Source: a virus (Duplodnaviria; Caudoviricetes). From it: a DNA stretch of 60,577 nt. Position numbers and translations under genes: made by a program. Location of the stretch: IMG/VR virus record IMGVR_UViG_3300020045_000790, positions 1-60,577 of that record. The stretch is one strand, 5' to 3'. Each line of letters opens with the position of its first letter. Within the stretch, counting starts at the first letter, position 1. The notes under the pieces are model-generated. The model worked only from the letters and a program-made list of their open reading frames with translations. It did not search any database and was not told where the DNA came from. Positions 40,669 to 49,865 of this stretch are shown piece after piece.

Positions 40669-41067
40669 CTATTCCTCAACTAAATAATCCCATAAAAAAG
40701 CGATAGATTGTATATCTAATCCTTTTGTGAAAGCAATAAAATCTTCTTCATTAATCTTGTTAAGCCAATTTACACTGTATTGTGTTTTATTAAGCTCGTT
40801 TATTAATGATTGAATTTTAATTTGAGTTTCAGAATCCATATCAGACCAATCGTACATAGAGCCTTGTTCTCTTTGAACTTGAGGCACATTGAATTTCTCA
40901 AGAATCTCTCTTTGTTCTTCAGAGTGCATTTTAATATTCTCTTCGATTTTTTTTGTAACTCGAATAATAGATAATATTGAAGAAGGGTCCTTCAACTCCT
41001 TATCATTTTTGCATTTACCAAGTAGTGTAAATACAGCATTTAATTCTGCGATAGTGTAAGTTTTCAT
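40669..41067 (-). CDS. hypothetical protein (possible tail-fibre assembly factor)
   Basis: ORF directly after the tail fibre gene; function from position only. Confidence 0.5.
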   Translation of the reverse strand: MKTYTIAELNAVFTLLGKCKNDKELKDPSSILSIIRVTKKIEENIKMHSEEQREILEKFNVPQVQREQGSMYDWSDMDSETQIKIQSLINELNKTQYSVNWLNKINEEDFIAFTKGLDIQSIAFLWDYLVEE

Positions 41068-41116
41068 TTGATTTTATTAGATTAAAGTGTGTAAATATAC
41101 AAATTTTGTTATAATA

Positions 41117-44100
41117 TTATATTGTTTTAAATAAAAGTCTTGATGTAAATCTAATATAAGATGATGTTCCTCCGGCATTAACTACTCTTAGAATTGCATT
41201 ATGATTTCCATCATCTATTACATCAAATGTAAAATCAGACGTAGTTCCAATACTAGTTGTTGCTTGGTCATCTAATTGGTATTGAAAACTACCTTGATTT
41301 GTAAAAATACATTTTATTGTTCCGGCTCTTAAATTTCCACTTGCATCATCAAATGAATAATCAACAAAAAAAGCATTATAAGTGTCCCAAGTAACTGACA
41401 GTATTTCAGTATTAGCAGATGCACTTATAAATATTTTATCAGGAGCATAAAAATGAGGTTTGCCTGTAAACTCACTCCAATATTGTGATATAGCTAATTC
41501 GTTATTTGATAAAGGTATATTTCCTGTGCTAGGTTTATATTTTAAATCATATCCAATTAAAGTCATACCTACAGAACTTGTTGACGCTCCACCCGACGAT
41601 TGACCTATGCAAGTATTAAAATCTCCATCTAATAAGCTACTTAAAGAAGCTGCTCCTATAGCAGTATTTGAATTACTATACTCCATAGACGATAAAGAGC
41701 CATCTCCAATAGCTGTATTAGCTCCACCCGTTGTATTTGAGTTTAAAGAATAATAGCCTATAGCTGTATTACCTGTTCCCGTAGTGTTACTACCTAAAGC
41801 ATATTGCCCAAAAGCCGAGTTAGACATTTGATTGTTACCCCCTCTACCAACTGTCAAACTATTTATTAAAGCATCTCCATTTACGTCAAGTTTTTTTGTA
41901 GGAGTTGCAGTTCCAAGACCTAATCTTTTATTAATATTGTCCCAAAAGAAATTAGCATTATCTTGAGCAAGTGTTGTTCCGTTTGAAAATATTACAGAAC
42001 CATTTGTAAAAGTTGGCAGTGTTGGCTGTATTCCCGCAGCACTTAAACTCTTATTTTCCCATAAGTCATTTGAAGAGTTATATTGTAATAAATCTCCATT
42101 AGCAAGAGTTGCAGGGTTTATATAAACATCGTGCAATTCATCTAACTCATATCCATTTTGAATTTTTACCTCAACAACACCTTGTGTAGGGTGGCTTCTT
42201 ACAACTATCCCTACATAAACTAAATGTATTGGGGCCTGTGGCTTAACAGATGTCCACGCACCGGCAGTTGTTCCACTTAAATATAATTGAGTTCCATTAG
42301 GATACGCTTGAGTATCTAAATTTGATAAAGAACCTATAACAACTACATACCCATTATTGTTACTTGTTATGTCGCTTTGAACAACACCATAAGTTTGAGC
42401 AGAAGTAGCATCAGAAGTAGCCAATGCTTTAGCTATTGTAGGTAAGTTTCCTTGTCCTCCATTTATATAAACAATAGTACCTTTTGTTAAGGTAGCACCT
42501 GTATCGTTATAAACCTCTGTTACTAATCTCTGTGCTTCACTTACAATAGAAGGAAAAGTAGCTAAACTACCATCTCCTCTAACATACTGAGATGTTGTCC
42601 CTGTAGGTATTGGATAATAAGTAGAAGCCGCTGTAGAAATTAATAAATAAGGAGATAATGCAGCAGAAGTAATATATCCCGCACCATTTAATATCTGACT
42701 ATTGTCAGTAGGTATAGTAATAATTCCTGTTACGTCATCATAAGCACCACTTCCCGCAGCAAAACTTAATGCTAATCGAGCACGTGCATCTGTAAAATAT
42801 AAGTTAGTTACTCCTTCAGGAATATCTGTTGTAACCAAGTTTACAGCACCTGTATATCCATTTACAGACACAACTGAATCTGTATTGTCAACTTTTTGCC
42901 AAACTGTTCCGTCAAATATAGCCCAATCTCCAACTAACCAATCTGTTATTCCATCAAGATTTGTGTTTCCTGCAACATTAACAATGTAATAATATCCTGC
43001 TGTACCAACGCCACTTGCCAAAGCAGGGGTATTAGTAGAAGCATTCCAAGTACCTTGATATGCAGAACCTCCAACTAAAGAATTGATTTGGTTTTGTAAT
43101 TTACCAAACGCCTCTAATATACTGTCAGTAGAAACAACTGAACCACCTGTTACATTTAGTCCTGTTAAAATTTTAGCTATAACAGCTGCATTGCTCAAAA
43201 CAACACTTGCAACTCCCGGACCTACAGCAGTAGCCTCTCCTGTTAAAGCAGTAATTCCTGAAGTACCTCCTCCTGATTCTGTCCAAGTTGTAGTAATCAC
43301 ATCTCCATCACGCTGAGTAAGCGTTAATGTTTTTGTGGTTGTTCCTGTTACAGCAGCAGAAATTATTGAATCATTATATGCACGATTCCAATTCAAAGAA
43401 TTGTTAGTAATATAACTTATCGTTCCACCACTTGAAACTACAATACCTGTTCCTGATAAAGCATTTTGCTTTCCATCAAAATTAATCCAATCAGCATAAC
43501 TTAAATAACCGTCTTGAGTTCCATCAGCTTTTTGAATAGTAATATTTTTTGTAGCAGGATTTATAAATAATGGAGACGAAGCTGTATAAACAGGAACGTC
43601 TTGCCATTCAACACCTGTACCTAAACTAATTAACATTTGACCTGAAGTCCCTGCCAATCCGTTTGAATCAAGAAAAGTTCCGCTTAATTCAAAACTATCT
43701 TGAACTAAAATGTCATTAGCAGTAATTAATTCAGCAGTTAGATTTGACGTTAAAATCATATCAACATCAGCCTCATTTCCTGCCATTAATACTTCTTGTA
43801 AAGTAGGTGTAGTGCTTATAGGAGTAACCCATTCTACACCAACCCCTGTACTCGTAAGTATCTGACCTGCTGTTCCTTCTGAGTTATTTCCATCAAATAA
43901 AGACGCTTCAATGTAAATTGAATCGGTAATGTATGCAGAAAATATGTTTGCAATGCTACTAACCTCAAGACCAACGGTAAATATTGTTCCGTTTAAGTTT
44001 ATATCTTGAGTTGCTGCATTGTTATTATCTAAAACACCTTGTAAAGTATTCCCGGGTAATAATGGCGAAAATAAATCCAATAACTGTTGAAGACTAAAGT

Positions 44101-44212
44101 TATATGTAGGATTCTCAAGGTTTCCTATTTGATTCAATCCAACGCTTGTTCCAATAAGTTTATCACTTAATTTTGGATTCCCTTCAAGAGGGTATGTACT
44201 TATTTTTGCCAT
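41117..44212 (-). CDS. tail fibre / receptor-binding protein
   Basis: Mosaic of Gly/Thr-rich modules; NTAIG beta-roll repeats; NFFWDNINKRLGLGT motif. Confidence 0.8.
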   Translation of the reverse strand: MAKISTYPLEGNPKLSDKLIGTSVGLNQIGNLENPTYNFSLQQLLDLFSPLLPGNTLQGVLDNNNAATQDINLNGTIFTVGLEVSSIANIFSAYITDSIYIEASLFDGNNSEGTAGQILTSTGVGVEWVTPISTTPTLQEVLMAGNEADVDMILTSNLTAELITANDILVQDSFELSGTFLDSNGLAGTSGQMLISLGTGVEWQDVPVYTASSPLFINPATKNITIQKADGTQDGYLSYADWINFDGKQNALSGTGIVVSSGGTISYITNNSLNWNRAYNDSIISAAVTGTTTKTLTLTQRDGDVITTTWTESGGGTSGITALTGEATAVGPGVASVVLSNAAVIAKILTGLNVTGGSVVSTDSILEAFGKLQNQINSLVGGSAYQGTWNASTNTPALASGVGTAGYYYIVNVAGNTNLDGITDWLVGDWAIFDGTVWQKVDNTDSVVSVNGYTGAVNLVTTDIPEGVTNLYFTDARARLALSFAAGSGAYDDVTGIITIPTDNSQILNGAGYITSAALSPYLLISTAASTYYPIPTGTTSQYVRGDGSLATFPSIVSEAQRLVTEVYNDTGATLTKGTIVYINGGQGNLPTIAKALATSDATSAQTYGVVQSDITSNNNGYVVVIGSLSNLDTQAYPNGTQLYLSGTTAGAWTSVKPQAPIHLVYVGIVVRSHPTQGVVEVKIQNGYELDELHDVYINPATLANGDLLQYNSSNDLWENKSLSAAGIQPTLPTFTNGSVIFSNGTTLAQDNANFFWDNINKRLGLGTATPTKKLDVNGDALINSLTVGRGGNNQMSNSAFGQYALGSNTTGTGNTAIGYYSLNSNTTGGANTAIGDGSLSSMEYSNSNTAIGAASLSSLLDGDFNTCIGQSSGGASTSSVGMTLIGYDLKYKPSTGNIPLSNNELAISQYWSEFTGKPHFYAPDKIFISASANTEILSVTWDTYNAFFVDYSFDDASGNLRAGTIKCIFTNQGSFQYQLDDQATTSIGTTSDFTFDVIDDGNHNAILRVVNAGGTSSYIRFTSRLLFKTI

Positions 44213-44223
44213 TATCTAAATTT

Positions 44224-44490
44224 TTAATGAACTATTTTTAATAAATCTCCGGTTCTATAAACCTGTCCAACATTCAAACCACCTGTTATAGCAGCAGAAT
44301 TATCAGCATACTCATTAACACCTGATATGGTAAAACTTGCAGCAGTTAAATTGCTTGAGATTAAAGCTAATAGCTCAGCTATAGTAAAGTTAAATGTTGA
44401 ATCAACAGGATTCCCACCAATCTTAGTTCCAACAAGTTTGTCGCCAAGAATAGGTGCTGCGGCAACCGGATATTCACTAATTTTTCCCAT
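44224..44490 (-). CDS. small virion protein paralogous to the tail-fibre N-terminus
   Basis: MGKISEYP...DKLVGT...TFNFTI vs MAKISTYP...DKLIGT...TYNFSL. Confidence 0.6.
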   Translation of the reverse strand: MGKISEYPVAAAPILGDKLVGTKIGGNPVDSTFNFTIAELLALISSNLTAASFTISGVNEYADNSAAITGGLNVGQVYRTGDLLKIVH

Positions 44491-44492
44491 TA

Positions 44493-44756
44493 TTATTTCT
44501 CTTTTTGAGAAACCTCGCCTGTCTGCATATTAATTACAGCATTAGCTCCGTATTTCTCGATTAGTCTTTTCTCGTTTTCTTTAAACGCATTGGTAATCAT
44601 TTCAGCCTGCTCTAATAAACCTTGCTTTTGTAATTCAAGTTCTCCAAGAGCTATCTTTAACTTGGTATAGTTAGCAGAACCTGTTTTAATAAATTCGTGC
44701 TCTTCTTGACTTAATTTCTGATTTTTTTCTTGCGTAAATTTGTTTGTGTTTTTCAT
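44493..44756 (-). CDS. small coiled-coil protein
   Basis: LGELELQK...KYG...INMQTG. Confidence 0.6.
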   Translation of the reverse strand: MKNTNKFTQEKNQKLSQEEHEFIKTGSANYTKLKIALGELELQKQGLLEQAEMITNAFKENEKRLIEKYGANAVINMQTGEVSQKEK

Positions 44757-44797
44757 TTTGATTTAATTTAATTGTTATGTTACAAATATATGAATTT

Positions 44798-45268
44798 TTA
44801 AGGTAATATTTTAAGCAATCTATTTCGAGCATAAAAAAACAGTATAATTAAAAGTATAATCAAAAGCCACCACCAATAAACAGAATGACTTTCCTTTTTA
44901 TCTACTTGTTTTTTAAACACTTTTTCTTTCTTGTTCTTTACTACCTTTACTTCTTGAACTTCTTTTTTTACTTCAGATTTCTTAGTAGTATCAACCATTT
45001 TTACCTTGGTTTTCTTATATTTAATCTTAGCATTAAAATACTTTTGTTCTCCAATAACAACAGGTTTAGTGGAATCTATAGGAGTAATCTCTACTTCATC
45101 AGTATCCGTATTTATACTTATATTGTTTTGAGTAACAACTACCTCGTCTTTTTTAATAGTTGAGGTACTATCTACTTTAACAACTGTGTCAGTTTTATCA
45201 ATAGCGACTTTTCTTGACCCACAAGAGACAAGAATTAAAAATAAAAATACAAGACTATATCGTAACAT
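44798..45268 (-). CDS. lipoprotein, spanin-like
   Basis: LVSC lipobox plus a C-terminal TM helix (u-spanin topology); next to the endolysin. Confidence 0.6.
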   Translation of the reverse strand: MLRYSLVFLFLILVSCGSRKVAIDKTDTVVKVDSTSTIKKDEVVVTQNNISINTDTDEVEITPIDSTKPVVIGEQKYFNAKIKYKKTKVKMVDTTKKSEVKKEVQEVKVVKNKKEKVFKKQVDKKESHSVYWWWLLIILLIILFFYARNRLLKILP

Positions 45269-45800
45269 AAGTATAAGTTTTTCCGTTAATTACTTCAGTA
45301 AAAGTTTTTCCTGAATCAAAAGATTGTTTCAGTGTTCTCCAAGAATGACCAAAGGTCATTTCAAAATGAGGAGCGTCTTTAAATCTCCAATCTCCACCCC
45401 AAGTGAATCCAATTGATTTAAAATATTCTACAACCTCAAGCCAATCTGCTTTTCCGTCTTTATCAAAATCTAACATCTCGTAAGTTGCTGATTCAAATTT
45501 TCCATCTCCGTCTTTATCAAGAAGAAGAACTATATCGAATGCTAAATGATAATTATGAATGCTTTGACCTGCTTTTGCTTGAGTAATTATACCTAATCTT
45601 TTTCCGGTTGAATCAAAAAGTTTTGTTCTTCCTTGAGCATACATTTCTGCTTGCTCTTCATTTGTTCTTGTGGTATATGCAAAACGCAAACGAACTCCCT
45701 TTCCAAGGAGTTTGTTGTTTACATAAGTATAAGCATCTAATACTTTCTTTCTTATTTTTGGGTGTAGCGTAGCTATTCTGTCAAGAGTTACCTTATCCAT
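45255..45800 (-). CDS. endolysin, M15 family L-Ala-D-Glu peptidase
   Basis: EQAEMYAQGR, SIHNYHLAFD, WGGDW..DAPHFE. Confidence 0.85.
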   Translation of the reverse strand: MDKVTLDRIATLHPKIRKKVLDAYTYVNNKLLGKGVRLRFAYTTRTNEEQAEMYAQGRTKLFDSTGKRLGIITQAKAGQSIHNYHLAFDIVLLLDKDGDGKFESATYEMLDFDKDGKADWLEVVEYFKSIGFTWGGDWRFKDAPHFEMTFGHSWRTLKQSFDSGKTFTEVINGKTYTYVTI

Positions 45801-46234
45801 TATTTCGTTAAATCATCAACGTTATCTTTAACTTCTTTTGCTCTAAGAAATACTTTTTTAAGCATATCCCAAATTTTTATATTATAAGCCTCTTCGATGT
45901 TCTCTTTTATAGAAACTAACTCTATAAAAATCAAAAGTATGGCAGATATTTTAGTGAACATAAAGTCTATACTTAACCACTTAAATATAAACTCATTTAA
46001 TATGAATTTATCAATTACGAATAATAATAAAACGCATATTTCGTATAATAGCATTTTTGACACAATCTGAGATAATCTTTTACTTCTAATACTCTTCCAC
46101 CCATTCATTTTTACGCTTTTGAATATTCCCGTGAAAGTATCAAGAATAATAGCAGCACCTACAGCAATAAGTATCCCATAAATGGGAACAAAAAGAAGTA
46201 TTAATGACGAAAATATATAGTTAACGTATTTCAT
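45800..46234 (-). CDS. holin
   Basis: Multiple TM segments, DTFTG...E..SI.EN motif; coupled to the endolysin. Confidence 0.75.
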   Translation of the reverse strand: MKYVNYIFSSLILLFVPIYGILIAVGAAIILDTFTGIFKSVKMNGWKSIRSKRLSQIVSKMLLYEICVLLLFVIDKFILNEFIFKWLSIDFMFTKISAILLIFIELVSIKENIEEAYNIKIWDMLKKVFLRAKEVKDNVDDLTK

Positions 46235-46371
46235 TATTTTCCTTGCCCATTATATAGTTTAACATAGTTTTTGCTCGACTTAGAAGTACTTGTCTTCGTC
46301 TTAGCGTGAACTCCCTTTCGTTTTACTTTAGGAGCCGCTTTAAATACTGAGGTATTAGTCTGCTTTGCCAT
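46234..46371 (-). CDS. 45-aa basic peptide ending in Y.GQG (not in ORF track)
   Basis: MAKQTNTSVFKAAPKVKRKGVHAKTKTSTSKSSKNYVKLYNGQGK. Confidence 0.65.
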   Translation of the reverse strand: MAKQTNTSVFKAAPKVKRKGVHAKTKTSTSKSSKNYVKLYNGQGK

Positions 46372-46372
46372 T

Positions 46373-46864
46373 TTACCAAAGAGCTATAATTGAAGTTACT
46401 GTTGTTTCTGAGTCGTAAGAATGAACTTTTACAACCTGAACAGGCAATAAAGTACCACCTTTTAAGTCATTAAAAGTAACAATATCTTGACCAATAGTAG
46501 TAACTTTTACATTACCATCTGTTCCAAGATATAAATAACAACCCGGATTTCCATTAGAAGTCTGAGAAGATGCGTTGTAAATAGAATAAATAGTTGCACT
46601 TGATGGTATAATATCTTTATTCAACAATAAAGTAGTTGAATTTATTACTTCAACAACTGTTGCAGCAAAATTATTACTCGTATTGTAAACAATATCTCCA
46701 ACAGAAACATTGGCTCTAATAAAATCAGCTCCGGTGTCTATTAATTCATCAGCAGCAACACCTGTAGTTACGCCTGAAATTACTAAATTAGGATAAGGTA
46801 TATTTGCATCATCAGAAGGAATTACCTTTAAAGCTCTTGTGTATTGTGATTGAAATACTGACAT
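46373..46864 (-). CDS. putative virion decoration protein
   Basis: LYLG..GNVKV...GTLLPVQV..V pattern with a GDIVYN insertion. Confidence 0.5.
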   Translation of the reverse strand: MSVFQSQYTRALKVIPSDDANIPYPNLVISGVTTGVAADELIDTGADFIRANVSVGDIVYNTSNNFAATVVEVINSTTLLLNKDIIPSSATIYSIYNASSQTSNGNPGCYLYLGTDGNVKVTTIGQDIVTFNDLKGGTLLPVQVVKVHSYDSETTVTSIIALW

Positions 46865-46869
46865 AATTT

Positions 46870-47046
46870 TTAGATTTTATAAAATGTTTTGTTAATAATT
46901 AATTTTGGATTATTTAATTTTTCTTTTCTTCCATTACAACCACAATCCTCAATACCAACAGCTTCTGCTATTGTTTCAACAGCTTTTTTTATACCTGTTG
47001 CAGTAGTGAATTTTTCAATTGTATCTCCTAATCCTTTGCTTTTCAT
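46870..47046 (-). CDS. 58-aa protein with GLGD...DCGC motif (not in ORF track)
   Basis: MKSKGLGDTIEKFTTATGIKKAVETIAEAVGIEDCGCNGRKEKLN... Confidence 0.65.
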   Translation of the reverse strand: MKSKGLGDTIEKFTTATGIKKAVETIAEAVGIEDCGCNGRKEKLNNPKLIINKTFYKI

Positions 47047-47058
47047 TGTGTAAAGATA

Positions 47059-47319
47059 TTAAAAATTTTTGACTGAATTTGTAATGGGATTATATTTAAA
47101 ACTTTCTTTAGAACGACCTGTGTATTTAGATGCTCTATCTTTAGCTCTTTCTTCAGCGGTCATAGAGTTTCTCTTCATACCTTCCTCTGTATATGCTTTT
47201 CCGTCTGCTGTTAAATGACCTCTCTTCTTCAATATCTCTATTGCCATCTTTCTACTACCAATCTGAGCTGTCAGCCTTTCTAATAACTGACCTCTGCCCA
47301 TAAATTTCTGAGTTGCCAT
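47059..47319 (-). CDS. small basic protein
   Basis: ORF track; K/R-rich. Confidence 0.6.
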   Translation of the reverse strand: MATQKFMGRGQLLERLTAQIGSRKMAIEILKKRGHLTADGKAYTEEGMKRNSMTAEERAKDRASKYTGRSKESFKYNPITNSVKNF

Positions 47320-47320
47320 A

Positions 47321-47659
47321 TTAAACTTTGCTTATACGATTCCCCATACCTACTCTCGACTTTTCTGCTTTTTTTGCAATAAGCTTAGACTTACTAATTT
47401 CAGATATAGTCTTAGGTGTCTTTGAAGACACTTTTACCTTAGGTCTGCAATACTCATTTTTTCCTCCTGCACCACACGCTTTTCCTGTGCGAGTATCAGT
47501 CCACTTCTCTTTTTCCCATCTTTTTAAAGACGTTCCTTCAGAAGTTTTTCTAACACTACCCGATGCCTTTCTACATTTAGCAATAGCCTGAGAAGCTCTT
47601 GCCGATGGAAAAGCATCATATTGTGCTTTTACTTTTTTATAACAAGCATCTTTTGGCAT
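47321..47659 (-). CDS. small basic protein (LKRW..EKW motif)
   Basis: ORF track; K/R-rich. Confidence 0.65.
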   Translation of the reverse strand: MPKDACYKKVKAQYDAFPSARASQAIAKCRKASGSVRKTSEGTSLKRWEKEKWTDTRTGKACGAGGKNEYCRPKVKVSSKTPKTISEISKSKLIAKKAEKSRVGMGNRISKV

Positions 47660-47660
47660 A

Positions 47661-47768
47661 CTATTTCTTTTTAACAGGAGGTTTTACATTTCCTTTTAGA
47701 AATTTCATTTTGCCATCTAATGATTTTTTAGACTCGTATTGTTTTGCTTTCGCTATTACTTTTTTCAT
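47661..47768 (-). CDS. 35-aa basic peptide (not in ORF track)
   Basis: MKKVIAKAKQYESKKSLDGKMKFLKGNVKPPVKKK; TAATG coupling to the upstream gene. Confidence 0.6.
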   Translation of the reverse strand: MKKVIAKAKQYESKKSLDGKMKFLKGNVKPPVKKK

Positions 47769-48058
47769 TAGTATTTTCCTTTTCGATTTTTTGGACTCGA
47801 AGCAGTCGAACCTCCCGGTCCTGCCCATAAATTTTTACACGCCCAATATCTTGGGGTTAGTTTATTAGTTGCTGTATCGCAACTATGTCTTGCCTTGAAA
47901 CTTCTACGAGCTACAGGCGAATAGTTATGACCATAACCTTTTGCCCCAAAATGGAGAAGTTTTTCTTCCCCATTGGAGCAGGCTTTTACCATTTTCTTTT
48001 TCCCGGGTCTATCAGAAGCCACAGGGCTATTGCATTTCATTTTGGTTTTATCAGCCAT
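47768..48058 (-). CDS. small basic protein (HFG...RRSFKARH.C...RYWAC motif)
   Basis: ORF track; recurrent phage motif. Confidence 0.65.
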   Translation of the reverse strand: MADKTKMKCNSPVASDRPGKKKMVKACSNGEEKLLHFGAKGYGHNYSPVARRSFKARHSCDTATNKLTPRYWACKNLWAGPGGSTASSPKNRKGKY

Positions 48059-48070
48059 AGGTCTTAGTTT

Positions 48071-48229
48071 TTAGCCTCTGAAGGCTCTTGTTGTGTGTCC
48101 CGGAGTTTCTGCTTGAGCAGGAACTTCATTTAACGCTACATCTTGTTTTGGTTGAGCAGTCTCTACAGTTTCAACTGCTTGATTCTCAACTAAACCATTT
48201 TTTACTTCTTTTGCAACTTTCTTTGCCAT
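48071..48229 (-). CDS. 52-aa protein (not in ORF track)
   Basis: MAKKVAKEVKNGLVENQ...PGHTTRAFRG. Confidence 0.55.
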   Translation of the reverse strand: MAKKVAKEVKNGLVENQAVETVETAQPKQDVALNEVPAQAETPGHTTRAFRG

Positions 48230-48247
48230 CTTTTTTAATTTTAAAAA

Positions 48248-48412
48248 TTAATCACAATAAGGATTACTTCCTTTCATTCCTTTTCCCTTAGCTGAGCTCA
48301 TCACTCTTTTAGAGATTGGTCCTGAAGCACCTTTGATTTTTGGAACAGAGTTCCCGCTTGTACTTGGCATCTGCATACGAGATGAACCCGGTAAGTTAGG
48401 TGTCGATTTCAT
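48248..48412 (-). CDS. 54-aa basic peptide, PNLPGSSR type (not in ORF track)
   Basis: MKSTPNLPGSSRMQMP...KGKGMKGSNPYCD; TAATG coupling. Confidence 0.6.
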   Translation of the reverse strand: MKSTPNLPGSSRMQMPSTSGNSVPKIKGASGPISKRVMSSAKGKGMKGSNPYCD

Positions 48413-48561
48413 TAGTACTTCTTTTTAGCCGCAGATTTAACCATAGTTTTTGCTACACCTTTCATAGCACCTTTTACTGCTGCTTTAGCAACAGTTTTCT
48501 TCATACCTTTTGGAGGCATCAATTTTGATGATGCAGGTAAGTTTGGAATGTCTTTTTTCAT
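48412..48561 (-). CDS. 49-aa Lys/Ala-rich peptide, PNLPASSK type (not in ORF track)
   Basis: MKKDIPNLPASSKLMPPKGMKKTVAKAAVKGAMKGVAKTMVKSAAKKKY. Confidence 0.6.
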   Translation of the reverse strand: MKKDIPNLPASSKLMPPKGMKKTVAKAAVKGAMKGVAKTMVKSAAKKKY

Positions 48562-48563
48562 AA

Positions 48564-48692
48564 TTACTTCTTTTTTTGGTTTTTCATTGCCGCTTGGGCG
48601 TTTTTAGCATAGTTGCTTCTTGCACTTGCTTTTAATTTTGGATTACTCGCTTGCTTAATGTCATAAGCAGTTTTTGCACTTACTTTTTTCAT
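48564..48692 (-). CDS. 42-aa basic peptide (not in ORF track)
   Basis: MKKVSAKTAYDIKQASNPKLKASARSNYAKNAQAAMKNQKKK. Confidence 0.6.
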   Translation of the reverse strand: MKKVSAKTAYDIKQASNPKLKASARSNYAKNAQAAMKNQKKK

Positions 48693-48699
48693 TTTATAT

Positions 48700-48939
48700 T
48701 TATTTTACAATTTTACCACCAAATGACGTATTCAGACCTTTAATTCCTTGAATAGAAGACCCTTTTGACGTAGTTTTATTACTCATTCTTTTTTTTCTTG
48801 CCGCTATAGCGGAAGCACGAACAGCATTTCTCTCAGATTGACGCTCAGCAGCTCTAGTATTTACATCTTTAAGAGCCTGTCTTACGTCGGCAATAGTTTT
48901 ATTTTTTTCAGACTTATCTTCTTTAATTTTCTTAGCCAT
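48700..48939 (-). CDS. small basic protein
   Basis: ORF track; K/R-rich. Confidence 0.6.
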   Translation of the reverse strand: MAKKIKEDKSEKNKTIADVRQALKDVNTRAAERQSERNAVRASAIAARKKRMSNKTTSKGSSIQGIKGLNTSFGGKIVK

Positions 48940-48941
48940 AA

Positions 48942-49364
48942 CTATTTCTTTTTGATTTTATCTAAAGTCTTTAAGGTTTTTAAATCAGAAGCACTAAGAT
49001 TATCTTTCTTACCTGTACTTATGTTTCTGAAGTTCGCATTACGATTTCTTCTATCCATAGTATTGGTACTATCTCTTTTATACTCTCTGTACAATTGCTC
49101 GTTAGACCTTTTTGTAACACTTTTTGCTTCCTTTACTTTACTTCCTTTACTATCTACAATAATAGCTCTTGTTCTTTTGCTATCAGCAGGAATAAATTTT
49201 TTCTCGTATGGTTTTGCAGAAGATGTTCCTGTAGTAGAAACTTTTACACCTGCGGGTGCAGAGGCTTTCTCTATTCTTTTTTTAGATTCAGAATACTTTT
49301 TAGTGTATTCAACATTAGCATCAGGAGATGCCGCTAACGGAGTATCGGGTCTTTTTGCCGGCAT
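48942..49364 (-). CDS. basic low-complexity protein
   Basis: ORF track; first gene after the promoter at 49394-49401. Confidence 0.6.
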   Translation of the reverse strand: MPAKRPDTPLAASPDANVEYTKKYSESKKRIEKASAPAGVKVSTTGTSSAKPYEKKFIPADSKRTRAIIVDSKGSKVKEAKSVTKRSNEQLYREYKRDSTNTMDRRNRNANFRNISTGKKDNLSASDLKTLKTLDKIKKK

Positions 49365-49383
49365 ATTTTTAAATTTTAATTAT

Positions 49384-49401
49384 TAACTTTGTACAAATAT
49401 A
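49384..49401. promoter_or_regulatory. face-to-face overlapping -7 elements driving divergent genes
   Basis: TAACTTTG (+, 49384-49391) and TATATTTG (-, 49394-49401), 2 bp apart. Confidence 0.55.
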
Positions 49402-49415
49402 TAAAAAATAATTAA

Positions 49416-49865
49416 ATGAAATCAAATCACGACGACTATCTGAAATATTGGAGAGTAATTCGCCAATGGGTAAAAATAAAATACAACCTAACTCAAGCAG
49501 ACCTCGATATGATATTTTTCCTAAACTCAGAGAAATATTTTGACAGAGATAAATTCCTTGAATTTGACAGCTTACTTGGTTGGGATAAAAATAGATTCCA
49601 CAGATTAATCCACTCAGGTTGGATAGAAGTATTCAGAAGTCCAATGACTCCCGGAGGAAGAAGAGCTATATACAAATTGTCAAATAAGTCAGTTGCTATG
49701 GTTAAGACCGTATATAACAAACTAAACGGGGAAGAAATCCCCGTTAGTCAGTCGCAAAACAAAATGTTTGCAAGAAATGTATCATACACGGATAAAAGAT
49801 ACCGAGCTATGATTAAAGAAATGAATGCTCTTATAAAACAACAACGACATCACGCTCCTGAATAA
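49416..49865 (+). CDS. winged-helix (MarR-like) DNA-binding protein
   Basis: LTQADLDMIFFL...RLIHSGWIEV...IYKLS; the only + strand gene inside the late block. Confidence 0.6.
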   Translation: MKSNHDDYLKYWRVIRQWVKIKYNLTQADLDMIFFLNSEKYFDRDKFLEFDSLLGWDKNRFHRLIHSGWIEVFRSPMTPGGRRAIYKLSNKSVAMVKTVYNKLNGEEIPVSQSQNKMFARNVSYTDKRYRAMIKEMNALIKQQRHHAPE

